DNA from: Pelagibacteraceae bacterium AG-422-B15 | Lineage (GTDB): Bacteria; Pseudomonadota; Alphaproteobacteria; Pelagibacterales; AG-422-B15 | Assembly: GCA_905182345.1 (NCBI GenBank) | Contig: CAJJBG010000018.1 | Location: forward strand, 6,288-70,287 | Length of the DNA stretch: 64,000 nt | Direction of reading: 5' to 3' | Notes under the pieces: model-generated | Seen by the model: only the letters and a program-made list of their open reading frames with translations | What the model was told of the DNA's origin: nothing | Databases searched by the model: none | Made by a program: the position numbers and the translations under genes | Shown here: positions 40,365-48,920 of the stretch, in pieces | Position numbering within the stretch: the first letter of the stretch is position 1 | Layout of the letters: every line of letters begins with the position of its first letter

Positions 40365-40799
40365 ATGTCTTTAAAGAATACTACCTCTCATTTATTTGAA
40401 CTTAAGGTTCGCTATTCTGAAATAGATTCACAGAATATTGTTTATAATTCTCACTACCTTACATATTTTGACATAGCAATTTCTGAGCTAATGGATAGTA
40501 CTTTTAATCAGGAAAAATATATTCAAAACACAGGAAATGAATTTCATACTATAAATGTAAATATGTCCTTTAAAGCTTCTGCTAAATTAAATGATCAATT
40601 AGAAATTTATTCAGTAATTAAAGCGATAGGCAATTCAAGCATTACATTTCAACAAGAAATTTATATAAAAAACTCTGATGAGTTATTGAACTTAAGTGAA
40701 ATAGTTTGGGTTAACACACATCAAAAAACTCATAAGTCGGTAGCCATGCCTGATGAGTTAAAAGAAAAATTTAAAAAATATTTAATTAATCCGAAGTAG
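40365..40799 (+). CDS. Acyl-CoA thioesterase, 4HBT/YbgC-like hotdog fold
   Basis: 144 aa. VRYSEIDSQNIVYNSHYLTYFD motif typical of YbgC/FcoT-type thioesterases. Confidence 0.8.
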   Translation: MSLKNTTSHLFELKVRYSEIDSQNIVYNSHYLTYFDIAISELMDSTFNQEKYIQNTGNEFHTINVNMSFKASAKLNDQLEIYSVIKAIGNSSITFQQEIYIKNSDELLNLSEIVWVNTHQKTHKSVAMPDELKEKFKKYLINPK

Positions 40800-41400
40800 C
40801 TGCAAGCAACCAATTATTACTTTTTATTTTTTTGTCTTTTGTAAATGTCCAAACATCCGTTATTTTTTGAACTTGATTCAAACTACCTGATATAACTTCA
40901 TCTTTAGTATTTTTAATACAGGTTATCATCTCTGATACAAATCTAACCGTAACTTCCATTGGTACAGAGTTTAAGTCTTTATAAATAATTTCTGAAGAAT
41001 CAATTCCAATAAAGCTAAATTCCACGTTTTGTTGATCTTGCTTTCTTTGGTCTACAACTGTTGTAAAGCTTTTTAATACTTCTTGATCTAAAAGAGGTTT
41101 TAGGGTTTTTAGGTTTCCATTTTCAAAATTAGTCACAATTGTTTCGTAGGCAGCATTAGCACCTTCAAGAAAATCATCACTATTAAACCACTCCGATTTA
41201 TGTGTAATCTTATCTTTAATATTAATTACTTTATCCTTAGCAGTAGGTGATTGTTTGATGGGTTGGTCGTACGAGAATTGATTTGGGTCCTTCTTTTCAG
41301 AACCAGTTCTTTTGCCTAAAACACTTCTCAGTCTAAGTAAAACCAGACCTGCAATTATAGCTAAGAAAATTATATCCATATATTGAAAAGCATTGTCCAT
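40786..41400 (-). CDS. Tim44-like domain membrane protein
   Basis: 204 aa. N-terminal TM helix and a C-terminal Tim44-like domain pattern (FLEGANAAYETIV ... W.F). Neighbour of secB, as in many alphaproteobacteria. Confidence 0.78.
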   Translation of the reverse strand: MDNAFQYMDIIFLAIIAGLVLLRLRSVLGKRTGSEKKDPNQFSYDQPIKQSPTAKDKVINIKDKITHKSEWFNSDDFLEGANAAYETIVTNFENGNLKTLKPLLDQEVLKSFTTVVDQRKQDQQNVEFSFIGIDSSEIIYKDLNSVPMEVTVRFVSEMITCIKNTKDEVISGSLNQVQKITDVWTFTKDKKIKSNNWLLAATSD

Positions 41401-41477
41401 AGTAAATATTTACATTATTTTTTATTAGAGTACCTTATCTAAGTACTTAAAGTAAAGATTCAACCATAGCTTAAAAC

Positions 41478-41924
41478 TTGTTTTATATTTTAGTTTCCAT
41501 ATTTATAATTTTACCCGTTGTTGAAATAGCAACTTTTATTCAGTTTGGGCAATTTTTAGGCACTTTTAATACAATACTTTTAATTTTTATTACTGCTGTT
41601 ATAGGTGTTTATTTGGTGAGACTTCAAGGTTTTTCAACAATTCAAAGCATACAAAAGGATATAATTTCAGGAAAAGCACCTATAGAAAATATTGTTGGAG
41701 GTTTAGTTATTTTGTTATCGGGCCTATTGTTGCTTGTACCAGGATTTGTGACTGACTTGATAGGTTTCTTAGGTCTTTTGCCTATTTCTAGAAAAATATT
41801 TGCAAATCTCTTAATAAAAAGGTTTATAGGTCAATCTAGAGGTAAAAAAACCAACAAAGAAGATAATATAATAGATGCTGAATATATCGAAGTAAATAAT
41901 GAGGACGATGACAATGGACGTTAA
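41478..41924 (+). CDS. fxsA: FxsA-family inner-membrane protein
   Basis: 148 aa with a TTG start. PVVEIATFIQFGQFLG and LLLLVPGFVTDLIGFLGLLP are typical of FxsA. Confidence 0.8.
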   Translation: MFYILVSIFIILPVVEIATFIQFGQFLGTFNTILLIFITAVIGVYLVRLQGFSTIQSIQKDIISGKAPIENIVGGLVILLSGLLLLVPGFVTDLIGFLGLLPISRKIFANLLIKRFIGQSRGKKTNKEDNIIDAEYIEVNNEDDDNGR

Positions 41925-42351
41925 AACAAAAATAATTTCACAATATATAAAAGATTTATCATTTGAAAACCCAAGAGGGCCATTTCCATTTGCAAAAAAA
42001 GGTGAGCGACCAGCCATAAAAGTAATGGTTGATGTTAAGGCATCATCTACTACTCAAGAAAACATATATGAGGTAATTCTTAGTGTAAATGTAACAGCCT
42101 CTCATTTAGATGATAATGTATTTTTAATTGATTTAATTTATCAAGGCATATTTGAAATAGAAAATTTAACTGATGACGTTAAAGAGGCATATTTATTAAT
42201 TGAATGTCCAAGAATTTTGTTTCCATTTGCAAGACGTATCATCTACGACTTACATGCTGATGGTGGTCTACCACCTCTACTTCTTGATACAGTTAATTTT
42301 GCTGAACTTTATAAAAATAGAAAAGCTGAAAACTCATCTGAGGTTAATTAG
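41899..42351 (+). CDS. secB: Protein-export chaperone SecB
   Basis: About 145-150 aa. IISQYIKDLSFENP is a SecB-type start. The true start is probably ATG 41908 or 41914, overlapping the fxsA 3' end. Confidence 0.9.
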   Translation: MRTMTMDVKTKIISQYIKDLSFENPRGPFPFAKKGERPAIKVMVDVKASSTTQENIYEVILSVNVTASHLDDNVFLIDLIYQGIFEIENLTDDVKEAYLLIECPRILFPFARRIIYDLHADGGLPPLLLDTVNFAELYKNRKAENSSEVN

Positions 42352-42608
42352 TTTTTCTGATAAATTATTTTAGCGATAATAATTAAAATTAATAAAAAAA
42401 TTGTAGCAGCATTGGCTAAAATAACTGGTAAATCATTAATCATAAAACCGTAAATTAACCAGGTTGAAACACCTGTGCAAAATATAATTAACCACCAAAT
42501 TGATAGGTCTTTTGCACTTTTAAGTCTCCACACTCTGATGACTTGTGGGACAAAAGCTAATGTCGTTAAAGTTCCTGCTAGTATCCCAATATAATGTATC
42601 CAATTCAT
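42348..42608 (-). CDS. SemiSWEET / PQ-loop 3-TM transporter unit
   Basis: 86 aa with three predicted TM helices and a PQ motif in TM1 (LAFVPQVIRVWRLKSAKDLS). Confidence 0.8.
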   Translation of the reverse strand: MNWIHYIGILAGTLTTLAFVPQVIRVWRLKSAKDLSIWWLIIFCTGVSTWLIYGFMINDLPVILANAATIFLLILIIIAKIIYQKN

Positions 42609-42616
42609 ATAAGTTT

Positions 42617-43405
42617 TTAAGGTGAATAAGATATTGCAGAAATGGGTGTGTCTAATAATTGGTTAACACTTTTATAAGTACTTATGGCTTCTAGACTAGT
42701 AATAGTTGGTAAAATTATTGAAAAATCACCGCTTCTATAAAGATTTAAAGCTTCATTCGGTGTGATCCATCTGCTGTCAACACCTTCAAATCCATCATGC
42801 AAGGCCTTTTGTTTATCTGGCAACTGTCCCAAAAAAAACCTGGTACTGTATCTTTTTTTTTCACTTATCGGAGTAATCCAATGCGATAGGTAGGCTAACT
42901 TGTCTGTTGCAAGGTGTAACTCTAGCTTAATTAAAAGATCATAAAATGTTAGTTTTTTCAAATTAATTTGATTTTGTAAAATCTTTAAATCATTTATTTC
43001 ATTTTCATTTTTTGGAGAATAAATTTCACCAGACTTTTTATAAGCAAGTAGAACTCCACTTTCTTCAAAGCATTCTCTTATACTTGCAATCCAATATTCT
43101 AAAGCGTTTTCATTAACTCCTAATTTAAATTTTGCATCGTTAGAAGATAATTTAGATAGGTTAATCAACTTATTATCATGATCACCTTTATCAACTTTAC
43201 CACCAGGAAATACCCAGGCATTGCCAAAATTAGAAGCTGCAGCTCTTTTTATCATAAATACTTCTATAGAGTCTAAACCATCTCTTAGTAGTAAAACAGT
43301 AGCGGCTGGTGTGGGCTTTAAAGTTACAGCATTAGGATCAGCTTGCTCAATATTAATATTATTTATATATTTATTTCTCATCTTTAAATTTATTCCAAAG
43401 AGCAT
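42617..43405 (-). CDS. NUDIX-family hydrolase with extended C-terminal domain
   Basis: 262 aa. Nudix-box core IRECFEESGVLL preceded by FPGGKVD, with a long insertion between them. The start may be MRNKYI at 43381. Confidence 0.78.
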   Translation of the reverse strand: MLFGINLKMRNKYINNINIEQADPNAVTLKPTPAATVLLLRDGLDSIEVFMIKRAAASNFGNAWVFPGGKVDKGDHDNKLINLSKLSSNDAKFKLGVNENALEYWIASIRECFEESGVLLAYKKSGEIYSPKNENEINDLKILQNQINLKKLTFYDLLIKLELHLATDKLAYLSHWITPISEKKRYSTRFFLGQLPDKQKALHDGFEGVDSRWITPNEALNLYRSGDFSIILPTITSLEAISTYKSVNQLLDTPISAISYSP

Positions 43406-44063
43406 TTTTACCTAAAGTAACAACAAATTCTTTATGTAGTTTTTCTTCTTCACGTGTAATTCTGCTATCAAGTTTCCTATTTTGCAAAAGAGTAATGTCA
43501 AAATCTATATCTTTTGAGCTGTCCTTAATATCAATAGATAGGTCCAAAGAAGGTTCCCTAGCATCGTTTAATTCAATATACACTCTGGATAATAACTCAG
43601 CGTCAAGTGTTGCAGAATGTTTTTCACGCTGTGAGTTATCAATAGAAAACTTTTTACACAATGCATCCAATGAAACCCCTTGACCTGGGAATCTTTCACG
43701 TGCAAGTGTTAAAGTATCAATAATTTTATTGGTTAATGTATTTTTTTGACATTTTTGTAGTTCAAAATTTAAGAAGCCAATATCAAAAGGTGCGTTGTGA
43801 GCTACAATTATATCATTTTGAATAAACTCTAAAAACTCCTCAGCAATGTCAATAAACAATGGTTTGTTTTCAAGAAATTTTTCTGTGATCCCATGTATAT
43901 CAGTAGACGAAAGTGGCACATCTCTTTGTGGATTTATGTATTTATGGAATACTTTTCCGGTGGGCAGATAGTCCACAACTTCTAATGCTGCAACCTCAAT
44001 TACACGATGACCCTCTGAAAATTTAATACCGGTAGTTTCTGTATCAAGAATAATTTCACGCAT
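43371..44063 (-). CDS. dnaQ: DNA polymerase III epsilon subunit (3'-5' exonuclease)
   Basis: 230 aa. Exo I ILDTETTG, Exo II AHNAPFDIGFL and Exo III HSATLDAELL. Confidence 0.93.
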   Translation of the reverse strand: MREIILDTETTGIKFSEGHRVIEVAALEVVDYLPTGKVFHKYINPQRDVPLSSTDIHGITEKFLENKPLFIDIAEEFLEFIQNDIIVAHNAPFDIGFLNFELQKCQKNTLTNKIIDTLTLARERFPGQGVSLDALCKKFSIDNSQREKHSATLDAELLSRVYIELNDAREPSLDLSIDIKDSSKDIDFDITLLQNRKLDSRITREEEKLHKEFVVTLGKNALWNKFKDEK

Positions 44064-44065
44064 AT

Positions 44066-44689
44066 CTATTTACTATAGTGTTCTACCCATGCTTTGGGTT
44101 TAATTTTTTTAAACTTATCTACCATTATTTTAACTTCCTGCATTGTTTCTTCAATGCTTTGATCTGTAGAAATTATATGATCAGCTTTTTCTCTTTTATC
44201 CTTATCTGGCAGCTGTTGATCTTTAATTCTTTCAAACACATTGATAGGTAGTTTTCGATCTTTTAAAATTCTTTTTCTTTGAGTCCCCTCAGATGCAGAA
44301 ATTAATAATGTAACATCAACATATTTTTCACCTTTAGTTTCAAACAGTAGTGGGATATCAAGAATACATCCAAATAAAGATTCATCTACACAACCTTTAA
44401 TATAATTTATTTGATATAGCCGAGTAACGGGGTGAATAATATTTTCTAGGTCTTTGAATCTTTTTGGGTCTCTCGTTAGAATATTTCTTAACTCACCCCT
44501 ATCAACTTTGTTATTTTTTTTTGAACCAGGAAATTTTTCCTCAATTTGATCAATTGTTTTTTGATCATTTTCATATATGTAATGTACAGCATCATCAGCA
44601 TTATAAACTCCATAACCGTATTTTTTAAACATATTGGCAGTTGTTGATTTGCCCATTCCTATAGAGCCTGTAAGTCCTACTAATAACAT
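44066..44689 (-). CDS. coaE: Dephospho-CoA kinase
   Basis: 207 aa with P-loop GLTGSIGMGKST. Confidence 0.92.
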   Translation of the reverse strand: MLLVGLTGSIGMGKSTTANMFKKYGYGVYNADDAVHYIYENDQKTIDQIEEKFPGSKKNNKVDRGELRNILTRDPKRFKDLENIIHPVTRLYQINYIKGCVDESLFGCILDIPLLFETKGEKYVDVTLLISASEGTQRKRILKDRKLPINVFERIKDQQLPDKDKREKADHIISTDQSIEETMQEVKIMVDKFKKIKPKAWVEHYSK

Positions 44690-45522
44690 TAATAAGAATT
44701 CCTTAATAAAGAAAACAAATCAGCATTAATTGTTGGATAAACATCATGCCATATTTTAAAGGATTCAGCCGCCTGGTTAATCAACATACCTAAACCATTC
44801 TGATATGAAATATTTTTTATTTTTGCATCTTTTATTAATTGTGTTTCAAATGGATTATAAATTAAATCATAAATATGTGCTGTTGATTTAATTTTTGATA
44901 AATCAATATTCAAATTTTGATTGCCTAACATACCTAAAGCAGTGGTATTAACAACCATATCAAAATCATGAATCAAAGAATTAATTTGATCAAACTCTTC
45001 AATATTTAAAGGTATATCTAAATCATTAGATAAGTTTATTGCTTTTGCAGTTGTTCTATTAACTATTGTAATCTTGGCTTGCATCTTATCTAGCGCATAA
45101 ACAATAGATCTAGCTGAACCGCCAGCGCCTATCACTAAAACATTTTTCCCCACTATGTTTTCTGTCTTTATTTTTTCTGCAATAGACTTGGTAAACCCTT
45201 CTGGGTCCGTATTATCACCAGAAATAGAATTGTTATTATATGTAATTGTATTTACAGCCTTTAGTTTTTTTGATGTTTCGGTTAAATTGTCACAAATTTC
45301 ATAGGCTATTTCTTTTAGGGGTATTGTGACGTTAAGACCACTAAATTCATTTTCTAAAAGTTTTTTAATTTCAACTTTAGAATTTAAAAGATTAATTTCT
45401 ATTTTTCTATATTCTTCTACTTCTAACTGATTTTGTTTAATCCAATAATTGTGTATTTGTGGTGATAGACTATGTTTTATAGGATTGCCAATAACAGCTG
45501 TTTTTTTTATTATTTTATTCAT
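44689..45522 (-). CDS. aroE: Shikimate dehydrogenase
   Basis: 277 aa with VIGNPIKHSLSP, NVTIPLK and GAGGSARS. Confidence 0.92.
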   Translation of the reverse strand: MNKIIKKTAVIGNPIKHSLSPQIHNYWIKQNQLEVEEYRKIEINLLNSKVEIKKLLENEFSGLNVTIPLKEIAYEICDNLTETSKKLKAVNTITYNNNSISGDNTDPEGFTKSIAEKIKTENIVGKNVLVIGAGGSARSIVYALDKMQAKITIVNRTTAKAINLSNDLDIPLNIEEFDQINSLIHDFDMVVNTTALGMLGNQNLNIDLSKIKSTAHIYDLIYNPFETQLIKDAKIKNISYQNGLGMLINQAAESFKIWHDVYPTINADLFSLLRNSY

Positions 45523-46105
45523 TAAATAAAATATTATTTTGCCATAAAAATTGGGTAAGCGGTAATAGTGGCAAACCTAGGATTGAAAAATAATCTCCGT
45601 TAATTTTATTTAAAATTTTAATACCCTCTTGTTCAATTGCATATGCACCGACACAACCTAAAATTTCTTTATTAATACTATTTAAATACTCGTCTATTTG
45701 TTTATCACTCAATTCTCTCATACTAATATTTGCTGTATCACAATGTCGCCAAACAATATTTCCATTTTTAGCAACAACTATTGATGTAATAAGTTTATGC
45801 TCTTTACCTTGTAGTTGTTTCAATTGATTTCTAGCTTCATTCATATCAGCAGCTTTATTTATTATATTACCATTAAAATCTAGAACTTGATCAGCCCCAA
45901 TAACGAAATTGTTTTGATATTTTAATGATGGTTTTAAAGCTTTCATCTCTGAGAGTTTAATTGCCAATTGTTCCAGGGTGAGTGAAGAATAAGAGAGTTT
46001 TATTTCCTCTTCATCGGTGTTGTGGTCTACAACTTTAAATGGTATTTTAGCATTAGTTAAGATTTGTGATCTTGTTTTGCTTCCGGATGCTAATAATAAT
46101 GTCAT
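45515..46105 (-). CDS. maf: Maf-like nucleoside triphosphate pyrophosphatase
   Basis: 196 aa with LLLASGSKTRSQIL and GAYAIE motifs. First gene to the left of the putative origin, as in Caulobacter and Rickettsia. Confidence 0.9.
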   Translation of the reverse strand: MTLLLASGSKTRSQILTNAKIPFKVVDHNTDEEEIKLSYSSLTLEQLAIKLSEMKALKPSLKYQNNFVIGADQVLDFNGNIINKAADMNEARNQLKQLQGKEHKLITSIVVAKNGNIVWRHCDTANISMRELSDKQIDEYLNSINKEILGCVGAYAIEQEGIKILNKINGDYFSILGLPLLPLTQFLWQNNILFNE

Positions 46106-46213
46106 GTATATCTTGTTTATAAGTGTGTTTGTTGTGTTTGTTAGTTTTGTTAATTGTTAGTAGTTTAGTTTATCTTGGTTTTTTCAGGTTTTTATTAGAA
46201 TATTATTATCTGT

Positions 46214-46222
46214 TTATCCACC
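46214..46222 (+). promoter_or_regulatory. DnaA-box-like site TTATCCACC
   Basis: 8/9 match to TTATCCACA, with the mismatch at the last base. Confidence 0.5.
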
Positions 46223-46253
46223 TGTTAATTATATAATAAAAGATAATCATTGT

Positions 46254-46262
46254 TGTGTATAA
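46254..46262 (-). promoter_or_regulatory. DnaA-box-like site TTATACACA
   Basis: Plus strand TGTGTATAA; its reverse complement fits TTATNCACA exactly. Confidence 0.5.
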
Positions 46263-46385
46263 GTTAATTAATTTTTTAAAATATAGGTAAAGTTGTTAGT
46301 TTTGTATGTGAATATTTTCTGAGTTTAAGGCTTATAAACAAATTCACAGGTACAACTACTACTACTATTCTATATATAAATATAT

Positions 46386-47372
46386 ATGAGTATTATAATA
46401 GATAACTTAAATCACAAAAAGACAGATATAACTCCTATCTGGCTAATGAGACAAGCAGGTCGGCATCTTCCAGAATATCGAACTATTCGATCTTCTTTTG
46501 GTAGTTTGATTGAGATGTTTCAAAATCCTAAAATTTGTGCCGAAGTTACTCTTCAACCCGTTGAAAGATATAATCTAGACGCAGCTATAATATTTACTGA
46601 TATTCTTATGATACATATGTTAACAGGTTCTAAAATTTCTTTTGATGGTATAAATGGACCTGTTGTTGAAAAAAACTTAAAACCAAAAATTGATTTTAAA
46701 AATATAGATTTTTTATACCAAGCAATAAAAGAAACCAAATCTAGATCCAACAAAACTCTTATAGGTTTTGCAGGTGGTCCTTGGACAGCTTTAACTTATT
46801 CAATTTTTTCACCAACTGAGAGAAAAGATATAAAAAAATATATTAACGAAAAAGAAAAAGAAATAGATATTTTAGTAAAAAAAACAACAGACCTAACAAT
46901 TGAATATTCTATTAAACAAATCGATGCTGGTATAAATGCTTTTCAATTATTTGAATCATCTGCAGGAATACTTAATGACGAGCAACTTGAAAAGTGGTGT
47001 ATAGAACCATGTAAAAAAATATTTAATGCGATAAAAAAACATAAAAACATACCAACAATAGCCTTCCCAAGAGGTGTTAATTTAGAAAACTATATTAAAT
47101 ACTCTTTTATTGAAAACCTAAACTGTTTATCAATAGATCAGTTTTTCGATTTAAATAATATCTATAAACTTAATAACAAAATAGCCATTCAAGGAAACCT
47201 TAATCCTGAGACACTTAAAGTCGGTGGTGATAATTTAAAAAAAGAAGTAGATAATATTTTACTTACCTTTAAAGACAGAGCTCACATTTTTAACCTAGGT
47301 CACGGCGTAATAAAAGATACCCCCGTAAAAAATGTTGAAGATACAATAAAATATATAAGAAATAAAAAATGA
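46386..47372 (+). CDS. hemE: Uroporphyrinogen decarboxylase
   Basis: 328 aa with the PIWLMRQAGR motif. Confidence 0.93.
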   Translation: MSIIIDNLNHKKTDITPIWLMRQAGRHLPEYRTIRSSFGSLIEMFQNPKICAEVTLQPVERYNLDAAIIFTDILMIHMLTGSKISFDGINGPVVEKNLKPKIDFKNIDFLYQAIKETKSRSNKTLIGFAGGPWTALTYSIFSPTERKDIKKYINEKEKEIDILVKKTTDLTIEYSIKQIDAGINAFQLFESSAGILNDEQLEKWCIEPCKKIFNAIKKHKNIPTIAFPRGVNLENYIKYSFIENLNCLSIDQFFDLNNIYKLNNKIAIQGNLNPETLKVGGDNLKKEVDNILLTFKDRAHIFNLGHGVIKDTPVKNVEDTIKYIRNKK

Positions 47373-48391
47373 AAACAGCTGTAGTATTGTTTAATTTAGG
47401 TGGGCCAGATAAACCAGAAAGTGTAAAGTTTTTTTTATTTAATTTATTTAAAGACCCATACATTATTCGGCTACCCTCCTTCCTAAGACTTCCGTTGGCA
47501 TGGTTAATTTCAAGAAGAAGAAACAAAGAGGCAAACGAAATCTATGCTGAAATTGGTGGTAAATCACCCATCTTGGAAATAACTAATAATCAAGCGGGTG
47601 CGCTAGAAAAACAAATTCAAAAATCTCACCCCAACAGCAAAACCTTTGTATGTATGCGCTATTGGCATCCAATGACTAAACAGGTAGTGGCTGATGTAAA
47701 GAAATATAACCCAGACAACATATTCTTGCTCCCACTCTACCCACAATACTCAACCACAACGACAAAATCATCTTTAAACGCATGGTTTGAAGAGTCAAAA
47801 AAACAAAAATTAATTGCAAAAACAAACTACGCTTGTTGTTATCCTGTAAATGAAAAATTTATTGAGGCACATGTGTCTTTGATAGAAAATGAAATCAAAA
47901 AAATTAATGATAAAAATTATCGCATTTTATTTTCAGCCCACAGCCTGCCAGTCTCTATTATAAAAAGTGGTGATCCTTATCAGTGGCAAGTTGAACAGAC
48001 GGTTCAAAAGATTTTAGAAAAACTTAACGTTAAATCAGATTATGTTTTATGCTATCAAAGCAAGGTAACACCAGTTAAGTGGCTGGAGCCCTCAACGCCT
48101 GTGGAAATAGAAAAAGCCGCAAAAGATAATAAGTCAGTCATAGTTGTCCCAATTGCATTTGTTTCTGATCACTCGGAAACGCTTGTAGAATTAGATATCC
48201 AATACAAAGAACTTGCAGAAAATTTAAACATAAAAAATTACCTGCGTGTTGAAGCCTTGAACATAAATGAGATATTCATAAACACATTGTCGGAAATCGT
48301 TGTTAACAATGTCGACAACCTTAATCCAAATACCACTATAAAAATATGTCCTCAAACTTTTAAAGAATGTTACCACAACAATAATGACTAG
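47369..48391 (+). CDS. hemH: Ferrochelatase
   Basis: 340 aa with AVVLFNLGGPD and ILFSAHSLP. 4-nt overlap with hemE. Confidence 0.93.
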   Translation: MKTAVVLFNLGGPDKPESVKFFLFNLFKDPYIIRLPSFLRLPLAWLISRRRNKEANEIYAEIGGKSPILEITNNQAGALEKQIQKSHPNSKTFVCMRYWHPMTKQVVADVKKYNPDNIFLLPLYPQYSTTTTKSSLNAWFEESKKQKLIAKTNYACCYPVNEKFIEAHVSLIENEIKKINDKNYRILFSAHSLPVSIIKSGDPYQWQVEQTVQKILEKLNVKSDYVLCYQSKVTPVKWLEPSTPVEIEKAAKDNKSVIVVPIAFVSDHSETLVELDIQYKELAENLNIKNYLRVEALNINEIFINTLSEIVVNNVDNLNPNTTIKICPQTFKECYHNNND

Positions 48392-48824
48392 TGTTTTTAT
48401 CTACAATTTAATCAAGTCATTACATATAATTTCTGTAATTGCATGGATGGCTGGAATGTTTTACTTACCTAGATTGTTTGTATATCACGCACAAACAAAA
48501 ATAGGCTCAGAATCATCAGAGTTATTTAAGGTAATGGAAGGGCGACTATTAAGATATATTATGACGCCTGCTATGTTATCTTCGTGGATTTTTGGGATAT
48601 TGTTATTTTACATTAATGGATTTCAATCTTTATTAGAAACTTGGGCACTTGTAAAAGTTGCTGCTGTCTTTGGAATGTCTGGAGCACATGGCTTCTTTTC
48701 AGTTTGTGTGAAGCAATTCAACTTTGATTTAAGAAACAGAACAGAAAACTTTTATCGTTATATCAATGAGTTACCAACAATATTATTAATAATTATTGTA
48801 TTCTCTATAGTTTTTAAGTATTAG
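48384..48824 (+). CDS. hemJ: Protoporphyrinogen IX oxidase, HemJ type
   Basis: 146 aa, 4-TM protein with the HemJ-family start LKSLHIISVIAWMAGMFYLPRLFVYH. 8-nt overlap with hemH. Confidence 0.85.
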   Translation: MTSVFIYNLIKSLHIISVIAWMAGMFYLPRLFVYHAQTKIGSESSELFKVMEGRLLRYIMTPAMLSSWIFGILLFYINGFQSLLETWALVKVAAVFGMSGAHGFFSVCVKQFNFDLRNRTENFYRYINELPTILLIIIVFSIVFKY

Positions 48825-48920
48825 TAGGAATAATTATTTTACTGTTACCTAAAAAATAATTTCTCAAAATACCTTCAAAAAAAATAACAATAATCAAAAT
48901 CCCAATTTAGAAAAAATATT

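Larger units (their letters stand above)
46106..46385. other. Putative chromosomal replication origin (oriC)
   Basis: It is the only >140-bp non-coding gap in 64 kb. It lies between maf-aroE-coaE-dnaQ (minus) and hemE (plus), the conserved alphaproteobacterial origin position. Five sites lie within 2 mismatches of TTATNCACA. AT-rich stretches at 46191-46250 and 46261-46290. parS and parAB are about 10 kb away. Confidence 0.7.

Noticed and set aside
46225-46239. CtrA-type TTAA-N7-TTAA sites in the putative origin
   Set aside because: Only a half-match is present (TTAA-N7-ATAA), plus a TTAA-N4-TTAA at about 46265-46276. There is no proper CtrA box, so no CtrA control can be claimed.
46370-46385. 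CTATATAT 8 nt before the hemE ATG, with the same geometry as the leaderless cassettes
   Set aside because: There is no CTTGAA-like -35 at 15-17 nt upstream. TATATAAAT-like strings recur in several spacers of this AT-rich genome, so no specific promoter class can be assigned.
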